Shown: positions 42,301 to 51,200 of the stretch, piece after piece
Position numbering within the stretch: the first letter of the stretch is position 1
Layout: each line of letters opens with the position of its first letter
From: Mizuhopecten yessoensis
Taxonomy: Eukaryota
NCBI RefSeq assembly: GCF_002113885.1
Contig: NW_018404981.1
Location: 90,136-154,135 of the forward strand
DNA: 64,000 bases
Reading direction: 5' to 3'
Program-made: the position numbers and the translations under genes
The notes under the pieces: generated by a model
Database searches by the model: none
What the model was told of the DNA's origin: nothing
What the model saw: the letters and a program-made list of their open reading frames with translations, nothing else

Positions 42301-42986
42301 GCAACATGAAAATGATTTCCATGTTATTGATTCCTCAGAATTCAAATCACCACAAAATTGATACATATCATGTTACTACATACCTACCCTGCTAATTACT
42401 TAGGAGCCTTGTAATATAGTATAATATAAAAGTTATTTATAAATTAAGAACATAAACGTACATGAATTTATTCATGTTTTGTTACCAGTTGCTGATAAAC
42501 AATAAATAAATAAACATACACATTTCTGTTTTAAGTATCATGTTATTATATTTGATATCAATATTAGTTAGTAATATGTGTATATACATGTAAATATCGT
42601 CACAACATCGAGAGCTATTGCCAATCCAAGCGTGTCTACTTTACACCGGCAGGAGAGTGCATTGGGCAAAAAACACGACATGTGTTTCCCGGGGGCTGTG
42701 TGTTTATAGCGCTCTAGTTTAAAGTCGTGATAGTCACTTTGTTTTACCTCGTGATTACCTGTATAATACACTCACCTTTCCCAAGACACCGTCTAACACC
42801 TGGTTCTGTTTCATATCCGCTGTCGACACCTCGTGTTTGGGATTGAGGAGACACATTTTCCCTTTTATGTTGTATATCCTTTTCTGATTCGATCTTTCTG
42901 CCTTCGTATCCCGATATTGCTAAGCACGTTAGAATGAAAATTGTATGAAATAATATCCTCAATCGACATTTCACTAATTTTGTCAT
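6209..42986 (-). CDS. Laminin-alpha-like secreted protein (signal peptide, basic IDR, laminin alpha domain I/II coiled coil with mucin/proteoglycan insert, 3 LamG domains); 25 exons, about 1689 aa
   Basis: Exons 42776-42986, 32777-33342, 31666-31761, 31358-31460, 28752-28941, 28171-28336, 27606-27701, 26785-26951, 25771-25888, 23967-25098, 23020-23136, 22132-22428, 21745-21908, 20760-20906, 19504-19637, 18960-19104, 16597-16709, 14715-14874, 12541-12666, 11752-11915, 11203-11308, 8739-8873, 8136-8269, 6978-7154 and 6209-6314 join with GT-AG introns in matching phase into 5070 nt of open frame. Motifs: LRNNIAELRKKIDRARAITSALPVSV (laminin alpha domain II end), NSQWYNLHITR, SGCIGNVMVNG, FDGNGYV, LRFSTRQKEGILL, YADGLFH, SLTGCIS (LamG). 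Confidence 0.8.
6978..7154 (-). CDS. Laminin-like gene exon 24 (LG3)
   Basis: DRVKVTLNG...YQITVGG...TFTGGVARVIVND; gcag/gtgag. Confidence 0.8.
7410..7710. mobile_element. MITE family A (about 300 bp, about 60-bp TIR)
   Basis: cacccctggaatatgtcatagcaaaat ... attttgctatgaaatattccagggg; related copies at about 9398-9720 and 56765-57115. Confidence 0.7.
8136..8269 (-). CDS. Laminin-like gene exon 23 (LG3)
   Basis: KFNINIDLDAAGVTI...HEETWMTLVVEDL; cctag/gtatgt. Confidence 0.75.
8739..8873 (-). CDS. Laminin-like gene exon 22 (LG3 start)
   Basis: VWHHCVKFTENS...IYVTVSSGAAGTVLNYKRKD; tttcag/gtaag. Confidence 0.75.
9398..9720. mobile_element. MITE family A copy
   Basis: cgctcactttcgct...cacccctggaatat ... 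ttgctatgacatatttcaggg...agcgaaagtgag. Confidence 0.65.
11203..11308 (-). CDS. Laminin-like gene exon 21 (LG2 end)
   Basis: SLTGCISTLRISD...NVVYGSCTDS. Confidence 0.85.
11752..11915 (-). CDS. Laminin-like gene exon 20 (LG2)
   Basis: VNVQTREIQATLDG...GIYVAGLG. Confidence 0.8.
12541..12666 (-). CDS. Laminin-like gene exon 19 (LG2)
   Basis: HFQMLLSVSEGSVHM...NNTYADGLFHIVE; tttcag/gtaag. Confidence 0.85.
14715..14874 (-). CDS. Laminin-like gene exon 18 (LG2 start)
   Basis: SMVFDGNGYVMF...LYLRFSTRQKEGILLLL. Confidence 0.85.
14940..15208. other. Assembly gap (probably collapsed 51-bp minisatellite)
   Basis: Run of N adjoining the repeat. Confidence 0.95.
15209..15750. repeat. 51-bp minisatellite (at least 10 copies, runs into an assembly gap)
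   Basis: Unit acatatccctcaccagcgaccgtcatttaccatacggtattaacaaaaat(c/t). Confidence 0.95.
16014..16232. repeat. 24-bp minisatellite (about 9 copies)
   Basis: Unit tctaggtcacgttatagtaacaca. Confidence 0.95.
16597..16709 (-). CDS. Laminin-like gene exon 17 (LG1 end)
   Basis: GNNNVSGCIGNVMVNGQAVGL...KTCTSE; LamG GC motif. Confidence 0.85.
18960..19104 (-). CDS. Laminin-like gene exon 16 (LG1)
   Basis: TGQTIEMRTTRLG...TVHVSGTSSPNQ; tttttcacag/gtaag. Confidence 0.8.
19238..19515. repeat. 26-bp minisatellite (about 11 copies) spanning the exon 15 donor
   Basis: Unit acctagtgatatgtttagatctacc(c/t). Confidence 0.95.
19504..19637 (-). CDS. Laminin-like gene exon 15 (LG1)
   Basis: VAYGIGLVDSVPTVSV...MENSQWYNLHITR. 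Confidence 0.8.
20760..20906 (-). CDS. Laminin-like gene exon 14 (LG1 start)
   Basis: VSVAMVDGWEYQLEVP...VTSLEVCVKP; cacag/gtaag. Confidence 0.8.
21745..21908 (-). CDS. Laminin-like gene exon 13 (laminin alpha domain II end)
   Basis: ...NLRNNIAELRKKIDRARAITSALP; typical of the segment preceding LG1 in laminin alpha chains. Confidence 0.85.
22132..22428 (-). CDS. Laminin-like gene exon 12 (coiled coil)
   Basis: IEERWDTVKGNVAVISDFVNNATE...RIEKAEAIAMTELKKAE...MMTDLLAK; heptad-like. Confidence 0.8.
23020..23136 (-). CDS. Laminin-like gene exon 11
   Basis: CVNQNYFEGDTLQKRAELERDKSDDLMAKSIPISRRHD; aag/gtgag. Confidence 0.75.
23967..25098 (-). CDS. Laminin-like gene exon 10 (Thr/Pro mucin-like plus acidic Ser-Gly region)
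   Basis: 377-codon open frame with TT(P/Q/K)VPTT(P/T)RP repeats and GSGGGDDED, GSGGED, FSGNG, GSGNEGSD; tgtcag/gtaag. Confidence 0.85.
25771..25888 (-). CDS. Laminin-like gene exon 9
   Basis: TIIPVLQKAKKSIDVRRNSGSNVRLQLLAIVGRLADIVT; phases 2 and 0 fit the neighbours. Confidence 0.7.
26785..26951 (-). CDS. Laminin-like gene exon 8
   Basis: RNIELRNAFIERRPPGD...HARQLGRTVESLA; ctttcag/gtgag. Confidence 0.75.
27606..27701 (-). CDS. Laminin-like gene exon 7
   Basis: RYLNSITDMYLDARNYSYTANKEIRAVRRDVQ; cacag/gtatg. Confidence 0.75.
28171..28336 (-). CDS. Laminin-like gene exon 6 (contains RGD)
   Basis: RCMEQERMHAAVLNSL...YGQIRGDVKQRIHTYL; the donor (gtataa) is weak but in phase. Confidence 0.7.
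28752..28941 (-). CDS. Laminin-like gene exon 5 (laminin alpha domain I-like)
   Basis: ALLDVTQLVRF...DMHFKDFSHNVMLADQSQRRAHVMKTIIQRIK resembles the laminin alpha 'mr.rdF....Ae.E...A..ll' segment. Confidence 0.75.
29905..30115. mobile_element. MITE family B copy
   Basis: Closely similar to 54278-54466. Confidence 0.65.
31358..31460 (-). CDS. Laminin-like gene exon 4
   Basis: VSESFTSINSDARHDIMEVKEQLKFIHDENNRAY; tttcag/gtag. Confidence 0.75.
31666..31761 (-). CDS. Laminin-like gene exon 3 (coiled coil)
   Basis: EQRMRPKLNVAVHNLKHTMSNILQIMQKKVKK; ctacag/gtatg. Confidence 0.75.
32777..33342 (-). CDS. Laminin-like gene exon 2 (Arg/His/Ser-rich basic disordered region)
   Basis: Long open frame CENVDITTKSRHHH...RRRYGYGQRAPAAVSRW; acceptor ttttacag, donor gtaag. 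Confidence 0.8.
33688..35128 (-). mobile_element. Decayed Tc1/mariner DNA transposon (about 1.44 kb) in intron 1 of the laminin-like gene
   Basis: Ends tactgaaagga...ttctttcagta, each flanked by TA. Frameshifted transposase from 34846 to about 33870: MVRTTEVQRGLAIALL..., VFFTEESR, IFQHDDA*PHVA, RSDLSPSDYLWDEL (degenerate DD34E). Confidence 0.85.
35292..36311. mobile_element. Non-autonomous foldback element with long TIRs and TTAA flanks (Kolobok-like)
   Basis: ttaa|ggttcaacaagcctcctaaa ... tttaggaggcttgttgaacc|ttaa; inverted similarity extends about 250 bp (e.g. cttataacatgtcaatctcttt / aaagagattgacatgttataag). Confidence 0.75.
41375..41740. repeat. Degenerate minisatellite, unit about 20 bp
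   Basis: tgtgttaacgatatgtttatt variants. Confidence 0.85.
42776..42986 (-). CDS. Laminin-like gene exon 1 (signal peptide)
   Basis: MTKLVKCRLRILFHTIFILTCLAISGYEG: basic n-region plus hydrophobic core. Donor AAG|gtgagt, phase 1, matches exon 2 (GK-A-CENVD). Confidence 0.65.
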
Positions 42987-43100
42987 GATGTGTCAATGTC
43001 GAAAATAACACTGTGTTCAGTATACACCTATAACAATTCACCTGCTGGTGATCCACAGATTCACAGGTAATATATTTAACGTGTGTTTAACTTTGTGAAT

Positions 43101-43113
43101 CACGTGGTTTATA
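43101..43113 (-). promoter_or_regulatory. Candidate TATA box with adjacent CACGTG E-box upstream of laminin-like exon 1
   Basis: Minus-strand TATAAAccacgtg about 120 bp before ATG 42986; short motifs in AT-rich DNA. Confidence 0.3.
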
Positions 43114-46100
43114 AAGGGTATGGAGGTCATACAGCTATATTCGGCTTTTGTAAACACTTACGTCATGATCGTGGTAAAGGTTTTTGCGGTATACAGTCGT
43201 GGGATAGACACACAAATACGACGTACCACGGTGGTCTGACCTTTTCATCGTGAAGCCTGGCATTTGCAAGTTACATTTCAAATGTACAAAATGGATCAAA
43301 CCAAGTTCTGAAAAAATACTGATAATTTCAGATTTCAATAGGTAAATCATAGCATGAATACAAAATTGAGTACAGTACATAGACAACACAAAGATTAACA
43401 GGATAACACAGTTATTCAGATTGCTTTGAATGCATGACCAATATGTTATCCGATGTTTTGTGAATGGCAGGGGGCATTTCGGGAAAGAAAGGAAATTGTT
43501 CGTCAGGCCAAACTTTAATTCTCGTCAAATAGACGAGCCCGTTGCAATACAAATAACTAGTACGATAAATAAGCAAGGACGACTATTTATAAAGAGTGTT
43601 TGACAGAGCATTAACGCTTAACGTTTTCTGATGTGTAAAGTGTCAATCTATAAGGCAGAGTGACAGACAGGTTATTCTTTGTTCGTGGTGTATATCTAGA
43701 CGTTAGACTCAGTCAACTGTTCAGAAACTAAAACATAAAATCATTAGACTATGTTTAATTGATCACCAACCCAGATGTTCACCCTACAATGTATCCTTGA
43801 CCCCAGTTCATTCTAGCTCTATCAACTTATCACGACCCTGATATCGTAAATATTTTATTGATATTGTTGTTTGGTTGAATAAATCACTCTTCTGAATTTT
43901 ATTGAGTTGATTTAATTCAATTGAATATGTTAAATCAGCTGTAAATAGAAAGCTACCACATTTGCATATAGTTAGACGTTTAGGAAAAATTCTTTATAGT
44001 GCGTCACGTTAAGCTAACAAATCTTTTAACCAATTGAGCACGAATGGTGTTGAGTTACCAGCAGTTGCATGGCATATACTGCTGTAAGTTTTTATATTTT
44101 TCTAAAACTTTCAAAAGTTTATTACATGCATATATATGCAATATGTAACAGAAAGATACACATTAGTAAAATATTATTATCTTATATATGATATCCATTA
44201 ACCTTTATAAATCTATTACTTTTTACATTTTTAGTTGTTTCTTATAAAAAAAGTAATATTGAAATTCAAGGAATTAGAATTAAATTCACAACAGGCTATA
44301 TTATGACATAAACTATTAACCAATATTTTACTGTATGACCCTGTGTGAACCTTGTTTGTGGATAGTCAGTAATATTCCACAATACGCTGTATTATAGCAT
44401 ATATCTATAGTCTGCCGTTTGGCCCTCTATGGACAAGTTTGTTGATGGTCATTTATATTTCGCGATATTTATTTATTTTATTGGCGATGAAAGAACACAT
44501 ATGTATCATGATTTTAAATACTTTGCAAAAATCAACACGACCATTTACAAACTAGCATTTTGTTATTCTTTTTGCAAATCTAACACCTTAGCGAATGTGT
44601 CGCTGGAAGAATCATTGCGAATATAAGTTTACTCAAAAGTCAGAGTAGTACAGCATTGGTACATGTATCATATAGCAGTGAAGAAATAAAACTAATAAAA
44701 GCGATTTCTCAAAGACCCGATCCTGGTCTGGTGACCTCCGGTTTCTTCAGTAATAGTGACATATTTTGTTATACGTATTAATACTTAAATTAAATCACTT
44801 GACATTCTCACATTAGAGTACAAATATTTTTGTATTCATCCGGAGCTGTCAATATGTTATCTTAATTTCCTATTGGTAAAACATACATGAAGTGCATACA
44901 GATGAGCGGGTTATCGCCCTTATCGTGAAACTTGATCTAAATCCCTGCTTTGATGCCGTTTATTGTTTTGCGTATTTTTAACAAAACATCTTTAGAAGAA
45001 TGAGTGTAGCTTGTTTATATTTAAACTTAGTGTTGGACAATGACTTAGCAATACCCCTACATATCCTCCTTTAAAGTATAAAATGCAACGATGTTGGCTT
45101 AAAACACAAAATTATAATCTTACTTTCGGAATAACACTATCAAATGATAAGCAATGTATAGAGCTAATACTGTGGAAACTGCCAACAGGACAAGTTGTTT
45201 TTTTATCCTTCCTTGTTTGGTCACGTCTGGTCTATATGATCTTCCCCATCGATGCTTCTTACCTCCATCATAAAATAGCTGATGGCATGTTTTAGGTCAC
45301 CAGCAGAAAATCCCAACCCATCAATAATGATACCAAAAGCCTTTCTCACTGTGGTATTTCTATATATCTGTCACTGTTTAATCAGATTTTCTGTAAAAAA
45401 GACGGCCCGATATGTTTAATGCATCATAGTTTTGAACACAACCTACTTCAAAATATTGCCAAAGTCAAAACTTTTGAAACGGTGTACCAGATTATTGCCA
45501 AAGTCATCATTTTTGAAGCGGTACAGCAAGTCTAAATGATTCATGTTTTCGTCATCATGACTGCTGTTTTTCTGTCTACTTAGCCGCTACCATTTCTTGA
45601 CCAATGTCCCGCCTTTGAGTGTAAGAAATAAAAGTGTTAAATCTGTTCCCAGTGGTCTTCCGAAGCAAGCATATCACTTTGACACTCTTTGCATCAATTG
45701 TATTTCTTGCACATATGTTGCAAAATTGTTGACTTGTATTAACTTTGCTGTATCATTATCGGAAGATATAGTCGTAAATGACTGATGGAAAGTTAATGTA
45801 TTTGATGGACTAGTGCATGCAAAAGCAATTCATTTTTAGCTGTTTTGATATCAGGAATAATATATAATTGTTCTATAGTAAAAAATGGAAGGGGTTTAAA
45901 GTTGCAGCCCAAACGGGCCTCGATACCCGCCTTTTTCTGCTAGCTATTGTAAAGTTGTCGTCTGAACTTCATAATGATAATATCAACAAATAAATCATAA
46001 CAAAGAGGATGCAGTGATAGATTGGCAGACAAAGGTTGAAAAAAAGCGCAACAATCGAACTAGAGTGGGGAAGTGGGTTTTTTCCAGTAATTTTGTATTC

Positions 46101-49100
46101 AATGTTGTCGGTATGATGGCAATCGTGTGTATAGTTAACCCGTTTTAAAGATAAATACCAGATTTTCACGAAATCATTGAAACAGTGAGTTTAAAAAGGG
46201 GGAGAACACCAATTCTTAGCTTTTGTTAACACTAAAATAATCATTCCACCTTGTATGAAATGACAATGTAAAATAATAAGGAGTTAACCCCAATTTTAAC
46301 ATAAATCACGATGTTACAGTGTCTATTTATTATTTGACATAAGCTCCAGTAATAATTCCATTTTAAGAAAAACGGAAATGGAAACAGTTTTTGGAAATGG
46401 TTTTATTTAACAAAACAAAAACCATATTCTTTAAACAATGATGTGATGAAATTAAAAATAATCTCTATATATTTTTTTCGTTCATCTAAATTTATGTCAG
46501 TCATATTGTCCAATCCATTTTCGAAATTTACCGATGCAAGTTGGCAATTGCTTATTTGCGTTGAGCATTAAGAATGATCTTTTTGGTGTTGATGATTTTG
46601 TTATCCTCGTTCAAAGCTAGATCTAAAGATGGTCAATTTGTGTTGGTAAGTTGGCATGTTTCTGGTCAAAGGTTAACAGTGAGACTGAAGTATTCTGAAG
46701 TAACAAGCTTGGGGAGGAAGATGAATTGTTGTTTTTAACTTATTTAGTTATTTAAGTAGTGTTATGAAATAGAGGATGCGATTCAGAATTCGGAAGCATT
46801 CAGGACCCGTATTCATGAAACCGTTCTTTTTTTTCAATGATTTGGAAAAACTTTGAAGTGACTTAAAGTCGAATACTGTTTTCAATATTTTCATTTGACG
46901 TTTTGATCGTTTGACATGATTTAAGTGAGTTACAAGAATGTTGGTTTGAGCACAAAATCAATGCTTGAGCATGAAAACGGATATTGCACAATCACATGAC
47001 GTAACTAACCCTTATCAGTCATAGTTTGGGTGATACCGACATTGCTCCGACCATGCAAACAATGTCTACCAACCGACACAAAAAACAACTCTGCTTATCT
47101 AATTGTTCTGGTGATTTGATAATGATGAATGTGTGTTATAATGACAGAAAATTTACACTTAGACATCCTGACAGGACCCCAATTGGCCATTAGTTAATAA
47201 TTGTCATTGCTGGAGCCGAATTGTTTTTAGCTTTTGATTGACAGATTACTTAATAATTGTGTAGCGGTTGACATTTCATTTCCGATTAGTTTAGGCTCGA
47301 CCATTGCTTCTGTAGTTGAAACCTTGAATTGTTGTGCCCTTTACAAGAAAGGACAAGTAAGTTTTTGTTTATTCTGTGCCTAATTGATGCTTAACTCGTT
47401 CCTATATATTGAGTGTCGTCTACTTCCTTACATCAATATGAAACTGGCACAAACTTTCATCCAATTTTACTTAACTGAATTCTTCGAAAGCGGCGTCCAT
47501 TACATTACATATGATTTAATAGCTTTGTAGCCGTTCTGTTGAATTCAATATCTTATGTGCACCTTAACCTCACCTCTGTTTTGCCATGTAATCTACCATA
47601 TTCAGGAAGCCATCATGACAATCTGCCTTAGGGATTGCCAGAAACAGAAATATTCCTATTTATGGTGTAGGGGCAGTAACTCATACTGAAAGGCATGGAA
47701 GACTTTTACAAAAAAAGAATGATTAGCATTTGATGGAATGTATTGAATATTTCGAGCGATAATCTCTCTGCCATGTTGGAAGCCGCTACAAACCCGCAAT
47801 AAAATGTACCCCCTCATTATAATATCTCATTGAAAATCCGCCACGTGACGGTGCTTCACCAAAAAATGAATGGCATTATTGTCCGAGATGCAATGAAAAT
47901 AACTTACTACACAGGAAATTCATTTACCATTCTTTGCTCAGAGTTACTCTTCTATTTACTCGCTTAAATCATGTGACACGATCTGAAGGTCAAATGCGAT
48001 TATTGAAAAACATAATCGTAGTTAACACTCGGAAAGAAATTCTAAGTTATTGATAATTTCTATTAATTAATCACCGTAACAAGAAAATGGGCTTAAGCGC
48101 AGAATTTGACTTTAAACATTAGGACGGTTTCAAGAGTGCAGATCCTAAATAACGTTACCTGAACTCGGCTGTATGTCACACCAGTATTGCGCTCCCTTCG
48201 TTAGCCCTTTGTATGGTACAGATCACGGCATAATGTTCTGGTGTATATATATACAATGAACTAAATGAAACAGCTCCTCATAATTTAAAGTATATTTTTT
48301 ATCAATTGTTAAAATAACTGGTTTCAGGATATCAGCTGTGTGTACCTAAATGATCTACTGTGACCAACAAGAATAACTAACAGCCTTTTACCAGAAAGGC
48401 AAAATGTATGTCTCCTTTAAAAAAAAAATGCATTTGCATGCTGCTTAATGTTCGTTGGAACCGTTCTCTGAACATCGTGTGTATTTTCAAAATAATAAAG
48501 ATACAATAATGCATTATGTTAATGTTGTATATTTTTATCATATACTGTACATGTTAATTACCATGAGTACAATAAGAAGCAATGTAAATGTACACACAAA
48601 TTGTGTGAGTTAAAGTTTAAATTCCGAATTGAAATGACGAGGCAAATACGCATAAACACGGTATTACTAATCTTGTAACGTGGTCTACATATCTCAATTA
48701 ATTGTTCACGTAAATATGTGAATATATAACCCGAGAAAAGATACTACCGAGAAAAGGTCAAGTGAAGTGACGTTATGAATAGAATATTAACCTGTCGCTT
48801 CTGAAAAAAGACTAAAAATACTAACATCGAGTCAATATATCATATCATCAACCTTTTATGTGAGTATGATTCAACCAACGAGTAACTAGAAAAAATGTTG
48901 TCGCATGATATACCAATATATATATATGTACGGGGTCAAAAGCAAAGGCCATCATGTTTACTTTCCGACAACAGTCATATTATATCTTATTTTTAAGACA
49001 AAGGCATTAAAGATAATTTTCCATTGTCTATTTGCATAACTACATAATTAATAACAAACTAATCTGAAACGAAGCCCTGTAGTTTACCGTAATGTAATGT

Positions 49101-49144
49101 AAATACTTCCACTGACCTCATTCATCGGGGTTAGTTTAGAGTTC

Positions 49145-49291
49145 GTTGATGAACGAAGATTTCATCAATCCTTATTAATAGAACAATGCATTTTAAACAT
49201 CATCCTTATTAGCAATACGTATTGCTAATAAGAATGATTTTTAGATGCATTGTTCTATTAATAAGGATTGATGAAATCTTCGTTCATCAAC
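49145..49291. repeat. Near-perfect palindrome, about 146 bp
   Basis: gttgatgaacgaagatttcatcaatccttattaatagaacaatgcat...caatac|gtattg...atgcattgttctattaataaggattgatgaaatcttcgttcatcaac. Confidence 0.9.
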
Positions 49292-50960
49292 ATACCCGCA
49301 TATCGTATATACATGCATGTTCATCTGATGATACAGGCATCACGACTTTGTAGTGCGGATGTATATCAATAGTAGACGATGGCGTGTGTACATACATCCG
49401 CGCAATAAATGAGTACTAATTGAGTCAGATGAACATAAATGCGTGGTACGGCATAACACATTAAAATCTGTCGTTATCTTCATGATAGTCCGAACCAAAC
49501 AAACCATGACGGGAAAATTGAGGTTTCGTGATAGAATAATACAATGAAATGATTTCGGGATCGAAATTTAAATGAGAACTTTGTTCGTGATAATAGTATT
49601 GATAATACATAAAGTTCACTTTAAATCCAACCAATAAAGCTCAGTACAACATTTATTCTTAAATTTTCGTTTTTATCTTTCAAAAGCAAAAGAGTATATA
49701 GGTCCAAAAAAGAATAATTTTGCACAATATTTTACAAAGGTTATAGAGAGCTCGTATCGGGCTTATTTATAATTAATGATAAAAAGAACCTAAGAAATAC
49801 TTTAAATATTGGGTAGCTACGGTAATGCTTATTTTTTTATTTATTTTTCTTATTTTTGCTTATTACCTTTACGTGGTTTCAAAACTTTAATATATTGTAC
49901 AAATTGCCAAGATTCCGAATATAAAGTGAAATGTCTAATGCCATCCTCATTCTTCAACATCCATTGATAAGAAATAACCCTTGCATTAACTCATTCTTCG
50001 CAAAAAATATATACTTATCAGTTATTGACTTTTGGTGAGGTGAACATATTCATCGAACAAAAATCCTGGTATACTGTTATATTTCATGCTCAATAAGATT
50101 TTGTATCATTAAACAAAATAGAAATATGAAATTATACGGAGGAGACATTTGATGGAAGCGTTATGACGTTACAATTGAAATATCGGTCACAAAGTTAAAA
50201 TATTAATCTGCTGCTTCTCAATAAAGTAGAACACGGGGTCAATATAAACAATCATTGACCTCCAAGTTATTAGGATCCAACAAAAGAGGATGAAGGGAAA
50301 ATGTGTGTCATGTACTAATCTATGATATTTTACCGCCATCACCGATCACTAAATAAAATACTAGTATATTCCACGATTACTTTTCTGACAAAATATGTCG
50401 TTACGTCAAATAATAGTAAGTTAGTATTGTGATATATTTTTAACTTTGTAGTGCTGAAAAGTGATATTAAACAATCGTTTGTAGAATTAAACAATTTGGG
50501 CTGTGTCAGGTAATTGAATTAAATTTCAAATTATATTTCACTATCGTGACTGGAAAACATTTGTCCCTGTGTTGAAAGTTGCATCAGCTATATCAAATTA
50601 ATAAGAGGTGATCAATAATTGCTTGAATCCATTCCCACTACATATTAAAATGCTTCGTGACGTTTCTATTGACGCTGTGATGTTTTAGCACACTTTTGTG
50701 ACGTTTCTATTGACGCTGTGACGTGCTGCACACTTTTGTGGCGTTTGAACTTATCAAGCAATGTTTCATCACACTTTGTTACATTTCATAAAGCTTCATA
50801 CGTGTCATGAGCCATGAAGCTCTGTCATAGAGAACGAGGCTTTGTATGTGTCATGACTATTCTTCGAGAGTCTAATTCGTTCGTAACGCGTCAACTTGCG
50901 TGTTTCACGTGTAAAGGTACTGTGAATCGAGCCAAAACACGATGTATTATTACATAATCA

Positions 50961-51200
50961 TTACCGATGTTTGGTACCGGCCCTGGAGAAACTTGGAGGC
51001 AGTTTGCTGTTTGCTTCCTCATCATCATTTAGCTGGTCATCCCTAATTGACTTTACACCATTTTTCTTCTTGCTACACAACCTTAGTATCCCAATAACGA
51101 CTATGTCCGAAACTATCTCTATAATCTCGAACAAGGACACAATGGACAATCCTATCCACAGTCCGAGCTGACCACCGATGTCCGACAGAAGGTTCTCCAC
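50961..51200 (-). CDS. DEG/ENaC terminal exon (TM2, GxS filter, C-tail)
   Basis: VENLLSDIGGQLGLWIGLSIVSLFEIIE...*. Confidence 0.93.
   Translation of the reverse strand: MENLLSDIGGQLGLWIGLSIVSLFEIIEIVSDIVVIGILRLCSKKKNGVKSIRDDQLNDDEEANSKLPPSFSRAGTKHR

Noticed and set aside
45500-47750. Possible decayed coding sequence between the two genes
   Set aside because: Multiple stops and no family I can recognise; a BLASTx search would be needed.
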